Part shown: positions 50,659 to 59,713 of the stretch, one piece after another
Numbering within the stretch: the stretch's first letter is position 1
How the letters are laid out: each line of letters begins with the position of its first letter
Source: Geodermatophilus sp.
Lineage (GTDB): Bacteria > Actinomycetota > Actinomycetes > Mycobacteriales > Geodermatophilaceae
Length of the DNA: 59,713 nt
Direction of reading: 5' to 3'
Assembly: GCA_035474935.1 (NCBI GenBank)
Contig: DATIMX010000319.1
Coordinates: forward strand, 1-59,713
The notes under the pieces: generated by a model
The model's database searches: none
Told to the model about the DNA's origin: nothing
The model's input: the letters and a program-made list of their open reading frames with translations, nothing else
Made by a program: the position numbers and the translations under genes

Positions 50659-51168
50659 TCAGACGAGGACGCGGCGTCCGGAGCGGTTGTCGGCGGCCTC
50701 GGCGGCCAGCAGGATCCGGCGGGCCGGGCGGTAGCGGCCCTCGCGGAGGCTGCGGGCCTTGTCGGGGTCGACCCGCGCCAGCTCGGCGTTCGAGGCGAGG
50801 TTGTGCGCGTTGTCGGCCAGCTTGACCAGCCGGCCGAGCGGGTGCGCCGCGGCCCGGCGGATCAGGCCGGCGATGTAGGGCTCGCCGGGGCGCCGGGTGA
50901 CCGCGTCGATCGCCTCGACGACGACCTCCGGGACGCCGAGGGCGCGGAGCCGGTCGAGGTCGTAGCGCCGGGTGGGGTCGGGGTGGTCGCGGGTGTCCTC
51001 GACGATGTCGTGCAGCGCGCCGGCCATCTCGGCGTGCGGGCCGTGGGGGCGCAGGGCCTCGGCGATCGGCCGCAGGTGGGCGAGGTAGTAGTCGCGACCC
51101 TGCTTGTCGACCTGGCCCTGGTGCGCGTGCAGCGCCAGCAGGTGCGCGTCGGGAACGGTGAACCCCAC
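50659..51168 (-). CDS. HD-domain protein (stand-alone RelA/SpoT hydrolase-like)
   Basis: AHQGQVDKQGRDY..HL, LHDIVEDT and LVKLADNAHN. Leaderless after TAGCCT. Confidence 0.85.
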   Translation of the reverse strand: MGFTVPDAHLLALHAHQGQVDKQGRDYYLAHLRPIAEALRPHGPHAEMAGALHDIVEDTRDHPDPTRRYDLDRLRALGVPEVVVEAIDAVTRRPGEPYIAGLIRRAAAHPLGRLVKLADNAHNLASNAELARVDPDKARSLREGRYRPARRILLAAEAADNRSGRRVLV

Positions 51169-51391
51169 GCTCCGAGGCTAGGCGCTGGGTACGACGCGGG
51201 TGCAGCAGCCGGCCGTGGGGCACCGGCCGCCGCGAGCAGGCGCTGGTGGGATATCCGGCCGAGCGCGCCGCGGCGGTCCCCGCCGACCTCTCCGATCGCG
51301 CCGCGCAGGTCCCCGGCGGCACGAGCGCGTCGACCGGGCGGCCGCACGTGTGGCCGACCCGCCCGTGTCCGCCTGCGCCGAGCGACGGGTC

Positions 51392-52741
51392 TCAGTCCAC
51401 GACCACCTCGTCGTGCACGCGCATGCGCTCACCGACGAACCCGCCGACGGCGGTGACGAGCGAGACGGCGATCAGCAGGGTCGCGGGCACCCACGGGTCG
51501 TCGCCGATGCCGCTGGTCAGGGCGGTCGCGATGAAGGGGAGGAACCCGCTGAGCGCGCCCGCGATGTTGTAGGCCAGTGCCACCCCGCTGTAGCGGTAGC
51601 GGGCGGGGAACAGCTCGGCCAGCAGGGCCCCGGTGACGGCGTACGCCACGGAGAGCGCGGCGATCCCGACCGAGATGGCGAGCACGACGGCAGCGGGCGA
51701 GCGCGTCGTCAGCAGGGCGAAGACCGGTAGTGCCAGGACCGCGCTGGCCAGGCCGCCCCAGAACGTCACCCGTCCCGGGCCGAGCCGGTCGGCGATCCGC
51801 CCGAACAGGACGATGACCACCATCTCGACCACCGCGGCCACCAGCGTGGCGTTGACCATGAGGCTGCGGGACAGGCCGAGGGAGTCGACGCCGTAGCTGA
51901 TCGCGAACGTGGTGAGCACGTAGAACCCGCCGACGCCGAGGAACGCCGCGGCGATCGCGACGACCAGGCGGCCCCAGGCGTGGGTGAAGACCTCACCGGC
52001 CGGGATCTTGGGCCGGTCGGCCTCCTGGGCGAGCATCTGGTTGAAGACCGGCGACTCCTCGACGCGGCGGCGGATGTAGAAGGCGACGACGAGCAGCGGG
52101 AAGGCCGCGAGGAAGGGCAGCCGCCACCCCCACGAGTCGAACGTGGCGTCGGGCAGCAGCAGGACCAGGGCGAACGCGCCCGACGACATCAGCGTGCCCA
52201 CCGGGGAACCGAGCTGCGGCATGGCGGCGTAGCGGCCGCGCTGGTCCGCCGGGGCGTGCTCGACGGCCAGCGTGACCGCGCCGCCCCACTCGCCGCCGAC
52301 GGCCACGCCCTGCGCGAGGCGCAGCAGCACCAGCAGGGTCGGCGCGGCGACGCCGATGGCGGCGTAGTCCGGCAGCAGACCGATCAGGCCCGTCGCCGCG
52401 CCGATCATCACGACCGTGATCAGCAGCGCGGGACGGCGGCCGATGCGGTCGCCGACCGCGCCGAAGACGACCGCGCCCACCGGGCGGGCGACGAAGCCGA
52501 CGCCGAAGGTGGCGAAGGCCGCCAGCGTCGCCGCCGCCGGGTCGAGCGTGCTGAAGTACAGCCGGTTGAAGACCAGGGCGGCGGCGGTGCCGAACAGGAA
52601 GTAGTCGTACCACTCGAGGGCCGTGCCGACGAAGGCCGCGAAGGCGACGCGGCGGGCGTCCTGGGCGCTGACGTGCGCGGGCGCGCCGGCGGCGGCGGAG
52701 GTCCTCGTCGTGCCAGGTGACGAGGCGGTCGGGTCACTCAT
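51392..52741 (-). CDS. MFS transporter, metabolite:H+ symporter family
   Basis: GTALEWYDYF, GFVARPVG, GDRIGRR, GGEWGGA, WGWRLPFL and ELFPARYRYSG. Confidence 0.93.
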   Translation of the reverse strand: MSDPTASSPGTTRTSAAAGAPAHVSAQDARRVAFAAFVGTALEWYDYFLFGTAAALVFNRLYFSTLDPAAATLAAFATFGVGFVARPVGAVVFGAVGDRIGRRPALLITVVMIGAATGLIGLLPDYAAIGVAAPTLLVLLRLAQGVAVGGEWGGAVTLAVEHAPADQRGRYAAMPQLGSPVGTLMSSGAFALVLLLPDATFDSWGWRLPFLAAFPLLVVAFYIRRRVEESPVFNQMLAQEADRPKIPAGEVFTHAWGRLVVAIAAAFLGVGGFYVLTTFAISYGVDSLGLSRSLMVNATLVAAVVEMVVIVLFGRIADRLGPGRVTFWGGLASAVLALPVFALLTTRSPAAVVLAISVGIAALSVAYAVTGALLAELFPARYRYSGVALAYNIAGALSGFLPFIATALTSGIGDDPWVPATLLIAVSLVTAVGGFVGERMRVHDEVVVD

Positions 52742-54410
52742 GGCTGCGCTCCCTCGGAGTGGGGGTGGGTGCGGGGAGGTCCCGGCCCGCGAACAGGCCG
52801 GTGTCGTGCACGGGCGCCCCGGCGAGCAGCGTCGCCAGGACGCCGATCGCGCCGATCCGGTCGGCATCGACGCGCAGCGGGTCGTCGTCCAGCAGCACCA
52901 GGTCGGCGAGCTTGCCGCGGGTGAGGCTGCCGCGGGTCCGCTCGTCGTGGCTGGCCCAGGCCTCGTCCAGGGTGTAGGCCCGCAGTGCCTGGGCGGCGCT
53001 CACGCGCTCGTCCGCCCCGATCAGGACCCCGCCGGACGACAGTCGCTCGACCATGGACTGCATGCCGAGCAGGGGGGCACCGGGGGCGACCGGCCGGTCG
53101 GAGCTGCCGGGCACCCGCAGTCCGGCGTCCAGGAACGAGCGGTGCCGGTAGAGCCAGTCCACGCGCCGGGGCCCCACCGCGGCGGCCATGGTGTCCCCGA
53201 TCGCGTACAGGAAGCGCGGCTGCGGGACGGGTACCACGCCCAGCTCGGCGAAGCGGGCGAGCTGGTCGGGACGGACCAGGCCGGCGTGCTCGACGCGATG
53301 GCGGACGTCGGCGCGCGGGTGCACCCGGGTGGCCTCGGCGAACGCGTCCAGCGCCAGCTCCACGGCGTCGTCGCCGATGGCGTGCGCGGCCACCCGCCAC
53401 CCGGCGCGGTGCGCGTCGACCACGAGGCGGCGCATGACGTCCGGGTCGTCCTGGAACACCGCGGTCCCGTGGTCGCAGAAGGGCTCGGACAGCGCGGCCG
53501 TGCGCCCGATCAACGACCCGTCCAGCCAGATCTTCATGGGCCCCAGCCGCAGCCGGTCGTCGCCGAAACCGGTGCGCAGCCCGAGGTCGAGCCCCACGTC
53601 GATGCCGTCGGCGGGGTGCGCCCGGAGGCGGTGCAGGGTGTCGCCGGCGACCATCAGCTCGACGCGGGTGCGCAGCAGCCCCCGGTCCCGGGCGACCTGG
53701 TAGGCGGCCGCCTCGACCGGCGTGCGGCCGAGCAGGCCCAGGCCGATGCCGGCCTCGACGACGTGGGTCAGCCCCTCCGTGGCGTAGACCTCGCTCGCCC
53801 GGCCGAGCGCCGTCGCGACCTCCTCCACCGGGTACGGCTTCACGAGGTCGTCGACGAGCGCCTGAGCGCGCTCCTGGAGCAGCCCCGTGGGCTCGCCGGA
53901 CCCGTCGCGGACGACGACGCCGCCCTCCGGCTGCTCCGTGCGGCCGTCCAGGACGCCGCAGCGTCGCAGCACCTCGCTGCTCACCACGCTCATGTGGCCC
54001 GAGCGGTGCTTCAGCCACACCGGGCGGCCACCGCCGGCCCGGTCCAGCAGGGAGCGGTCGGGGTGGGCGCCCATGACCGTGTCGTCGTAGCCGGAGCCGA
54101 CGACCCACGCGTCCGCGGGGAGGCGTTCGGCGTCCCGGGCCACGGCGTCCTCGACGCCGGCCAGGCTGCTGGTCACGGACAGGTCGATCTCGCCCAGCGA
54201 CTGGCCGAACCAGGCCATGTGGTTGTGCGCGTCGCCGAAGCCGGGGACCACCACGGCACCCTGGCCCTCGACGACCGTCCGGGCGGGCAGGTCGACGACC
54301 TCCTCGTCCAGGCCCACGACCCGGCCGCCGAGGACGCCGATCGCCGACGCCGTGGGGCGGGCGTCGTCGACGGTGTGCACGCGGACGTCCCGCAGCAGCA
54401 TGTCCAGCAC
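52734..54410 (-). CDS. Amidohydrolase 3 (YtcJ / NfdA-like)
   Basis: PGFGDAHNH, SGHM, KIWLDGS, AHAIGD, RHRVEHA, GSSDRP and GKLADLVLL. Confidence 0.92.
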   Translation of the reverse strand: MLDMLLRDVRVHTVDDARPTASAIGVLGGRVVGLDEEVVDLPARTVVEGQGAVVVPGFGDAHNHMAWFGQSLGEIDLSVTSSLAGVEDAVARDAERLPADAWVVGSGYDDTVMGAHPDRSLLDRAGGGRPVWLKHRSGHMSVVSSEVLRRCGVLDGRTEQPEGGVVVRDGSGEPTGLLQERAQALVDDLVKPYPVEEVATALGRASEVYATEGLTHVVEAGIGLGLLGRTPVEAAAYQVARDRGLLRTRVELMVAGDTLHRLRAHPADGIDVGLDLGLRTGFGDDRLRLGPMKIWLDGSLIGRTAALSEPFCDHGTAVFQDDPDVMRRLVVDAHRAGWRVAAHAIGDDAVELALDAFAEATRVHPRADVRHRVEHAGLVRPDQLARFAELGVVPVPQPRFLYAIGDTMAAAVGPRRVDWLYRHRSFLDAGLRVPGSSDRPVAPGAPLLGMQSMVERLSSGGVLIGADERVSAAQALRAYTLDEAWASHDERTRGSLTRGKLADLVLLDDDPLRVDADRIGAIGVLATLLAGAPVHDTGLFAGRDLPAPTPTPRERSHE

Positions 54411-54421
54411 GGTCGCTCCGT

Positions 54422-56110
54422 TCAGGCCAGGTGGTGCAGGCGGGTGAGGGGCAGGTCGGACACGCGGTGCACGGGCACGGGACACCCGTCCACGAGGACG
54501 GGGCCCGGCTCCGTCGGCACGGCGACCGCGGGCAGGGCGGTGTTGGCGACCATGTCCGCGCTCGTCAGGCCCCGGCTCGCCCGGATGGCGGCGTAGCGCA
54601 CGCCCTCGGGCAGCGCCCTGCGCGCGTCGGCGTCCGCGAGGCATTGCTCGGAGACGAACACCCGCGAGAGCCGGCGTGGCGCGGCCCCGAGGCCGCCGAA
54701 GTACGGCCGCAGCGCGCGCGGCTGGGTCAGCCGGGTGGAGCCCGAGCCGGACCCCGAGGTCCCCCACGCGACGAAGCCGGACTTGAGGACCAGCTCCGGC
54801 GCGGTGCCGAAGGTGGCCGGGTGCCACAGCACGACGTCCGCGAGCCGCCCCGGCGTCAGGGACCCCACCTCGTGCGCCATGCCGTGGGCGATGGCCGGGT
54901 TGACGGTGATCTTGGCCAGGTAGCGGAGCACCCGCTCGTTGTTGACGTGCTCCGGCCCGGCCTGACCGGCCAGGTGCGCCTGCACGTGGGCCAGCTGCCA
55001 GGTGCGCCGGGCGGTCTCCGCGATCCGGCCCATGCCCATCGAGTCGGAGTTCACGATGCTGATGGCGCCCAGGTCGTGCAGGGCGTTCTCCGCGGCGATG
55101 CCGTGCTCGCGCACGCGGCTCGTGGCGATGGAGACGTCGCTGTCGATGCCGCGGTGACCGCGGTGGACGGTCAGGGTCATGGGCAGCAGCTCGTCGACCG
55201 TCGCGATCGTCAGCGGGAGCGTCGGCGTGGTCGAGGAGGTCAGGACGTGCGCCTCGCCCACCACCTGCAGCAGGTCGGCGTGCCCACCACCGCCCTCGAC
55301 GTGGTAGGCGTGCACCGTCCGGCCGCGGGTGGCCGCCAGCGTGTCGGCCAGGGCGCCGGACTCGTTGAGGGTGTCCGTGTGCAGGGCCACGGGCAGGTCC
55401 ACGTCGTCGGCCACGCCGAGGCAGGTGTCCACGATGCGCGGGGTCGCGCCCCAGTCCTCGTGGATCTTGAACCCCCCGGCCCCGGCGAGGACGGCACGCT
55501 CGAGCAGCTCGGGAGACGAGGTGGAGCCCCGGGCCAGGAAGGCCGCGTTGAGCGGGGTGTCCCGCCACCCCTCGATGAGCGTGTGCAGGTTCGTCGCGGG
55601 GTTGGCGCCGACGTCCCACACACCGCCGATGCCCATGCCCACCAGTGAGGTCACCCCGGCGGCCAGGGCCGCGGGGGCGATCTCGGGGCTGGACAGGTGC
55701 ACGTGCGAGTCCACGACGCCCGGGGTGGCGATGAGGCCCTCCCCGGTGATCATCGCCGTGTGGGAGTCGACCACCAGCTCGACGCCGTCGCTGGTGTCCG
55801 GGTTGCCGGCCCGGCCGACGCCGGCGATGCGGCCGTCCTTGACGCCGATGCTGGTCTTGCGCACCCCGAGCAGCGGGTCGACGACCACGACGCCGAGCAC
55901 CACCATGTCCAGGGCGCTGTCCCCGGGGGCGCGGTCGGTCACGAGCAGCCCGTCCCGGGCGGTCTTGCCGCAGCCGCCGAGCAGCTCGTCGCCGGGGTCG
56001 GTGTCGTCGGCCTCGATGCGCACCCACAGGTCGGTGTCGCCCAGGCGCAGCAGGTCACCGGTGGTGGGGCCGTAGAGGCCGGCGTAGCGGGCATGGGAGA
56101 TGCGGCTCAC
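54422..56110 (-). CDS. ureC: Divergent urease alpha subunit-like protein
   Basis: YGPTTGD, GKTARDG, DSHVH, KIHEDWG, HTDTLNESG, HAYHVEG, SDSMGMGR and RYLAKITVNPA. Confidence 0.88.
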   Translation of the reverse strand: MSRISHARYAGLYGPTTGDLLRLGDTDLWVRIEADDTDPGDELLGGCGKTARDGLLVTDRAPGDSALDMVVLGVVVVDPLLGVRKTSIGVKDGRIAGVGRAGNPDTSDGVELVVDSHTAMITGEGLIATPGVVDSHVHLSSPEIAPAALAAGVTSLVGMGIGGVWDVGANPATNLHTLIEGWRDTPLNAAFLARGSTSSPELLERAVLAGAGGFKIHEDWGATPRIVDTCLGVADDVDLPVALHTDTLNESGALADTLAATRGRTVHAYHVEGGGGHADLLQVVGEAHVLTSSTTPTLPLTIATVDELLPMTLTVHRGHRGIDSDVSIATSRVREHGIAAENALHDLGAISIVNSDSMGMGRIAETARRTWQLAHVQAHLAGQAGPEHVNNERVLRYLAKITVNPAIAHGMAHEVGSLTPGRLADVVLWHPATFGTAPELVLKSGFVAWGTSGSGSGSTRLTQPRALRPYFGGLGAAPRRLSRVFVSEQCLADADARRALPEGVRYAAIRASRGLTSADMVANTALPAVAVPTEPGPVLVDGCPVPVHRVSDLPLTRLHHLA

Positions 56111-56685
56111 CGCTGACCCCCGCGGGCCACCACGGGCACGACGCAGGTGGTGCCGGGCGGGAACTCCCGGCTGACCCCGGCCGGCAGGTCGAGCCGGAAA
56201 CCACGCACCGCGTCGCGGTCGAACTCGACCGCCGGGTTGACCTCCTCCAGCGGGAAGTGCGAGGAGATCCACACGGAGCGGTCGCTGCGGTTGGTGACCT
56301 CGACGGTGCGCCGGAGCCGGCCCGGCGCCAGCTCGACGTCGCCGTCCTGCGCGAGGACGGCGCCCGGACCGGTCGGGTCGGCCGGGCCGAAGGGCTCGGG
56401 CACGTGCACCAGGGAGGTGCCGTGGGGGAACAGCGCCTCCACCTGCAGGCTGGGCACGGTGGTGGCGACCCCGGGGAGCACCTGGTCGACCGCGACCACG
56501 CTCCGGGCCCGCCGGACGACCTCCTGGAGCGGCAGCCCGTCCCAGGCCATCTCCAGGACCTCGTCGCAGACCAGGGCGATCGCCTCGGTCGCGCCCAGGC
56601 GCGCGCCCCGGGTCAGCCGCCGGCGGGCGAGTTCGGCGGCGGTGAAGAGCAGCAGGCGCTCCTGCTCGCGAGGGGTCAGGTGCAC
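56107..56685 (-). CDS. ureAB: Fused urease gamma/beta subunit-like protein
   Basis: HLTPREQERLL and VEALFPHGT (gamma), then VTNRSDRSVWISSHF and GFRLDLPAG (beta). GTGA coupling to the alpha gene. Confidence 0.88.
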   Translation of the reverse strand: MHLTPREQERLLLFTAAELARRRLTRGARLGATEAIALVCDEVLEMAWDGLPLQEVVRRARSVVAVDQVLPGVATTVPSLQVEALFPHGTSLVHVPEPFGPADPTGPGAVLAQDGDVELAPGRLRRTVEVTNRSDRSVWISSHFPLEEVNPAVEFDRDAVRGFRLDLPAGVSREFPPGTTCVVPVVARGGQR

Positions 56686-57012
56686 CGCGGCCTCCGGGCG
56701 TCCGTGCGGTTGGAGGTGTCGAGCGCCACGGTGCTCCTGACCTCGGCGTACGGCAATCCGCGGCGTGCGGCCGGTGTCCGCTCGCGCCCGCCGGTCGTGG
56801 TCCGCGGCGCGACCGGCGGATCCCCGGGGGCGCTGCCGGACCCGCCGCCTGTGGGGGATGTCGCAGGTCCGGCGTGTCGGTCGGGCGGTCGGCTCAGTAG
56901 AGTCGACGGGCAACGCCATCCGGAGCGGCCGAGAGACCTGGCTCGACGACGCCGCAGCAACCCCCCGCCCCGGCGGACGAGGGTGCTACTGCCAGGACCG
57001 ATGGAGGACGCG

Positions 57013-57087
57013 ATGACAGGCCCAGCGCCCACGTGGGCCCGCCGGCACGTCGACCTGTGCCGCACCGCCGCGGCCCTGTGTCGCTGA
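57013..57087 (+). CDS. Cys-containing leader peptide MTGPAPTWARRHVDLCRTAAALCR
   Basis: GGAGG RBS and an RRHVDLCR..LC motif typical of actinobacterial sulfur-gene leaders. Lies upstream of metNIQ. Confidence 0.8.
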   Translation: MTGPAPTWARRHVDLCRTAAALCR

Positions 57088-57268
57088 CCGCCCAACCCCC
57101 GTCGCGGTAGCTGCCCCGCCGTCCGGGGCACACAGCCCCTGCTGGTCCGTCGCTCCCGCGCGGCCCGGACGTCGTCCGGACGTCGGTGCGCCCCTGCCCG
57201 GGGCCGCCCGTCGGCCGGCGCCGTCCGGACACCGTTCCCGCCTGCTCACCCCTGAGGACTGCCCACCC

Positions 57269-58303
57269 GTGATAGATCTGCACGACGTCCGCAAGGTCTT
57301 TCCCGCCCGGAGGCGGTCCGGGGAGGTCGTCGCCGTCGACGGCATCACCCTGCACGTCGAGGCCGGCGAGTTCGCCGGCGTGGTCGGCCCCAGCGGGTCG
57401 GGCAAGAGCACGCTGGTGCGCCTGGTGAACCTGCTGGAGCGACCCACGTCGGGGTCGGTGACCGTCGACGGCCGGGTGCTCACCGAGCTGCCGGACGACG
57501 AGGTGCGGCAGGCACGCCGCTCCATCGGGATGGTCTTCCAGCACTTCGAGCTCCTGGACTCGCGGACCGCGGCCGGCAACGTCGAGCACCCGCTCGAGCT
57601 GGCCGGCGTCGGCCGGGCCGAGCGCCGCCGCCGGGCCACCGAGCTGCTGGAGCTGGTCGGGCTGGGGGAGCGGGCCGACGCGCACCCCGGGCAGCTCTCC
57701 GGCGGGCAGAAGCAGCGGGTGGCGATCGCCCGTGCGCTGGCCGGCCGCCCCACGGTGCTGCTCTGCGACGAGGCGACCTCCGCTCTGGACCAGGCCAGCA
57801 CCACCGGCGTGCTGGAGCTCCTGCGCCGGGTGCGGTCCGAGCTCGGCCTGACCGTGCTGCTCATCACCCACGAGATGGCGGTCGTCAAGGCCGTGTGCGA
57901 CAGCGCCGTCCTCCTCGAGCGGGGCCGCGTCGTGGACAGCGGCCGGCTCTCGGAGGTCCTGACCCGCGAGCACTCGCCGCTGAGCGACGCCCTGCTGCCC
58001 GCGCCGCTCGCCGACGCCGGCGCCGGCCACGACGGCGTCCTCCTCCGGGTGACCGTCACCGACCGCACGCCGGAGACCGTCGTCCTGCAGACCCTGATCG
58101 GGCAGCTGGGACTGGCGGTGGAGGTCGCCGGCGGTTCGGTCGAGACCGTCGCCGGGGGCCGCTACGGCCGGCTGCTGCTGCGGGCCACCGGCGACCTCAG
58201 CCGGCTGGACGGGGCGCTGCGCGGACTGCGCGACGACGGCGTCCTCATCGAGGCGGTGCCCCGGGACACGGGCGCGGTGGCGGCGACGGGAGCGGGCCGA
58301 TGA
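57269..58303 (+). CDS. metN: Methionine ABC transporter ATP-binding protein
   Basis: GPSGSGKS, LSGGQKQRVAIARAL, LLCDEATSALD, ITHEM and a NIL-like C-terminus. Confidence 0.93.
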   Translation: MIDLHDVRKVFPARRRSGEVVAVDGITLHVEAGEFAGVVGPSGSGKSTLVRLVNLLERPTSGSVTVDGRVLTELPDDEVRQARRSIGMVFQHFELLDSRTAAGNVEHPLELAGVGRAERRRRATELLELVGLGERADAHPGQLSGGQKQRVAIARALAGRPTVLLCDEATSALDQASTTGVLELLRRVRSELGLTVLLITHEMAVVKAVCDSAVLLERGRVVDSGRLSEVLTREHSPLSDALLPAPLADAGAGHDGVLLRVTVTDRTPETVVLQTLIGQLGLAVEVAGGSVETVAGGRYGRLLLRATGDLSRLDGALRGLRDDGVLIEAVPRDTGAVAATGAGR

Positions 58304-58959
58304 GCGACTGGGACCGCATCTGGCCGCAGCTGATGGAGGCGACCGGCGAGACGCTGTACATGGTCGGGGTCTCCGCCCTGCTCACCGTGCTGCTCGGCAT
58401 CCCCCTCGGGATCCTGCTGACCGTCACCGCTCCGGGGGCGCTCGCCCCGCGACCGCTGCTGAACCGGTTCCTCGGGGTGGTCGTCAACCTCGGCCGCTCG
58501 CTGCCCTTCATCATCCTGCTGTTCCTGGTCGCGCCGGTCACCCGCGGCATCGTCGGGACGACCATCGGCTCGACGGCGGCCATCGTGCCGCTGACGATCG
58601 GCGCCGTCCCCTTCCTCGCCCGCCTGGTGGAGACCAGCCTCCGGGAGGTCGCCCCCGGGAAGGTCGAGGCGGCGATGGCCATGGGCGCGCGCCGCCGGGA
58701 CGTCGTCCGCACCGTGCTGCTGCCCGAGGCGCTGCCCTCGCTCATCGCCGGGAGCACGGTCACCGTCGTCGCGCTCATCAGCTACTCGGCGATGGCCGGC
58801 GCGGTCGGCGGTGGCGGGCTCGGCGACTTCGCCATCCGCTTCGGCTACCAGCAGTTCCGAACCGACATCACCCTGCTGACCGTCGTCCTGCTGCTCCTCG
58901 TCGTGCAGGCCCTGCAGTGGGCCGGCGACCACTGGGCCCGCCGGCTGGCGCACGTCTGA
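58300..58959 (+). CDS. metI: Methionine ABC transporter permease
   Basis: ATGETLYMV, VNLGRSLPFIIL, EAAMAMGA and SAMAGAVGGGGLG. Confidence 0.93.
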   Translation: MSDWDRIWPQLMEATGETLYMVGVSALLTVLLGIPLGILLTVTAPGALAPRPLLNRFLGVVVNLGRSLPFIILLFLVAPVTRGIVGTTIGSTAAIVPLTIGAVPFLARLVETSLREVAPGKVEAAMAMGARRRDVVRTVLLPEALPSLIAGSTVTVVALISYSAMAGAVGGGGLGDFAIRFGYQQFRTDITLLTVVLLLLVVQALQWAGDHWARRLAHV

Positions 58960-59030
58960 CCACCCACCCCACCGACCCCGCGGTGGCCGGCCGGCCACCT
59001 CTCCCACCACGTCCGAGGAGGACCCCCGTC

Positions 59031-59713
59031 ATGCGCTCCCGTCTCACCTCGCTCCTGGCCGCGTCCGCGGCGACCGCCCTCCTGGCCGCCTGCGGCGGCG
59101 GCGAGGCCGAGCTGTCCGCGGCCGACGAGCCGCTGCGGGTGGGCGCGTCCCCGGTGCCGCACGCCGAGATCCTGCGCTTCGTCGACGAGAACCTCGCCGC
59201 GGACGCCGGCCTGGACCTCGACATCGTCGAGTTCACCGACTACGTGCAGCCCAACGTCGCCCTGGACGACGGGTCCCTGGACGCGAACTACTTCCAGACC
59301 ATCCCGTACCTGGAGGAGCAGGAGGCCAGCGCCGGGTACGACTTCACCCCGCTGGCGCCGGTGCACATCGAGCCCCTGGGCATCTACTCCCAGTCGCTCA
59401 CCGACCTCGCCGCCCTCCCCGACGGCGCGACCGTGGCGATCCCCAACGACCCCACCAACGCCGCCCGGGCCCTGCGGCTGCTGGAGGCCAACGGGCTGAT
59501 CACCCTGGCCGACACCGGCGACGCGGCGCCGACGTCGCTGGACGTCCAGGACAACCCGAAGGACCTGCAGATCTCCGAGGTCGAGGCCGCGCAGGTGCCC
59601 CGGTCGCTGGCCGACGTCGACATCGCGGTGATCAACGGCAACTACGCCATCGAGGCCGACCTCGTCCCGGCCGAGGACGCCCTGGCGCTGGAGTCGGCCG
59701 AGGGCAACCCCAA
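59031..59713 (+). CDS. metQ: MetQ/NlpA lipoprotein (runs off the window)
   Basis: Lipobox LAAC, VGASPVPHAEIL, FTDYVQPN, DANYFQ, IPNDPTNAARAL and VINGNYA. Confidence 0.93.
   Translation, partial: MRSRLTSLLAASAATALLAACGGGEAELSAADEPLRVGASPVPHAEILRFVDENLAADAGLDLDIVEFTDYVQPNVALDDGSLDANYFQTIPYLEEQEASAGYDFTPLAPVHIEPLGIYSQSLTDLAALPDGATVAIPNDPTNAARALRLLEANGLITLADTGDAAPTSLDVQDNPKDLQISEVEAAQVPRSLADVDIAVINGNYAIEADLVPAEDALALESAEGNP

Noticed and set aside
54411-56027. Apparent 1097-aa amidohydrolase fusion
   Set aside because: The N-terminal half is an Arg/Pro-rich alternative frame of ureC. The real start is GTG 54410, which has its own RBS.
56848-56867. Imperfect palindrome cctgtg...cgcagg upstream of the urease-like operon (PucR-type site)
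   Set aside because: It is a single weak copy and no cognate regulator is in the window.

Overview
A gene-dense, very GC-rich actinobacterial chromosome segment. The gene style suggests Geodermatophilaceae, but that is an inference. Six blocks are visible. (1) 1-17.2 kb is a catabolic island: FAH-family hydrolase, IclR, MAO-N/NicA2-like amine oxidase, MFS transporter, an extra ribBA, MDR-family ADH, enolase-superfamily enzyme, XylD-like dehydratase, NtaA-type monooxygenase, MhpD-like hydratase, frameshifted thioesterase, flavin reductase, SnoaL protein and KGSA-type ALDH. It is tied together by a recurring GTTCA-N5-TGAAC operator that occurs as 20-bp-spaced tandem pairs. (2) 17.2-23.4 kb holds an ATP-grasp protein, AEC transporter, MDMPI, mqo, an FAD 2-hydroxyacid oxidoreductase and two small ORFs. 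(3) 23.7-34.1 kb is a signalling island: a large NTPase-BTAD regulator, two related ECF sigmas, two anti-sigma-like proteins, a SARP, a DyP peroxidase with a partner protein, microproteins and WhiB. It carries 11-bp-phased SARP boxes and five copies of a GTATC-N17/18-CTC promoter that together outline a cascade. (4) 36.4-47.6 kb is a PHA cluster without a thiolase: phaB-like reductase, a eukaryote-type single-chain acyl-CoA carboxylase, a KAS III with a large unknown N-terminal domain, a hydrolase and phaC. (5) 47.7-51.2 kb holds a MEDS-STAS/MEDS-HATPase pair, a hydrolase and an HD protein. (6) 51.4-59.7 kb holds a divergent urease-like operon with no accessory genes, then a Cys leader peptide and metNIQ. 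No rRNA, tRNA, CRISPR array or transposase was seen. Family calls rest on motif recognition by eye, not database searches.
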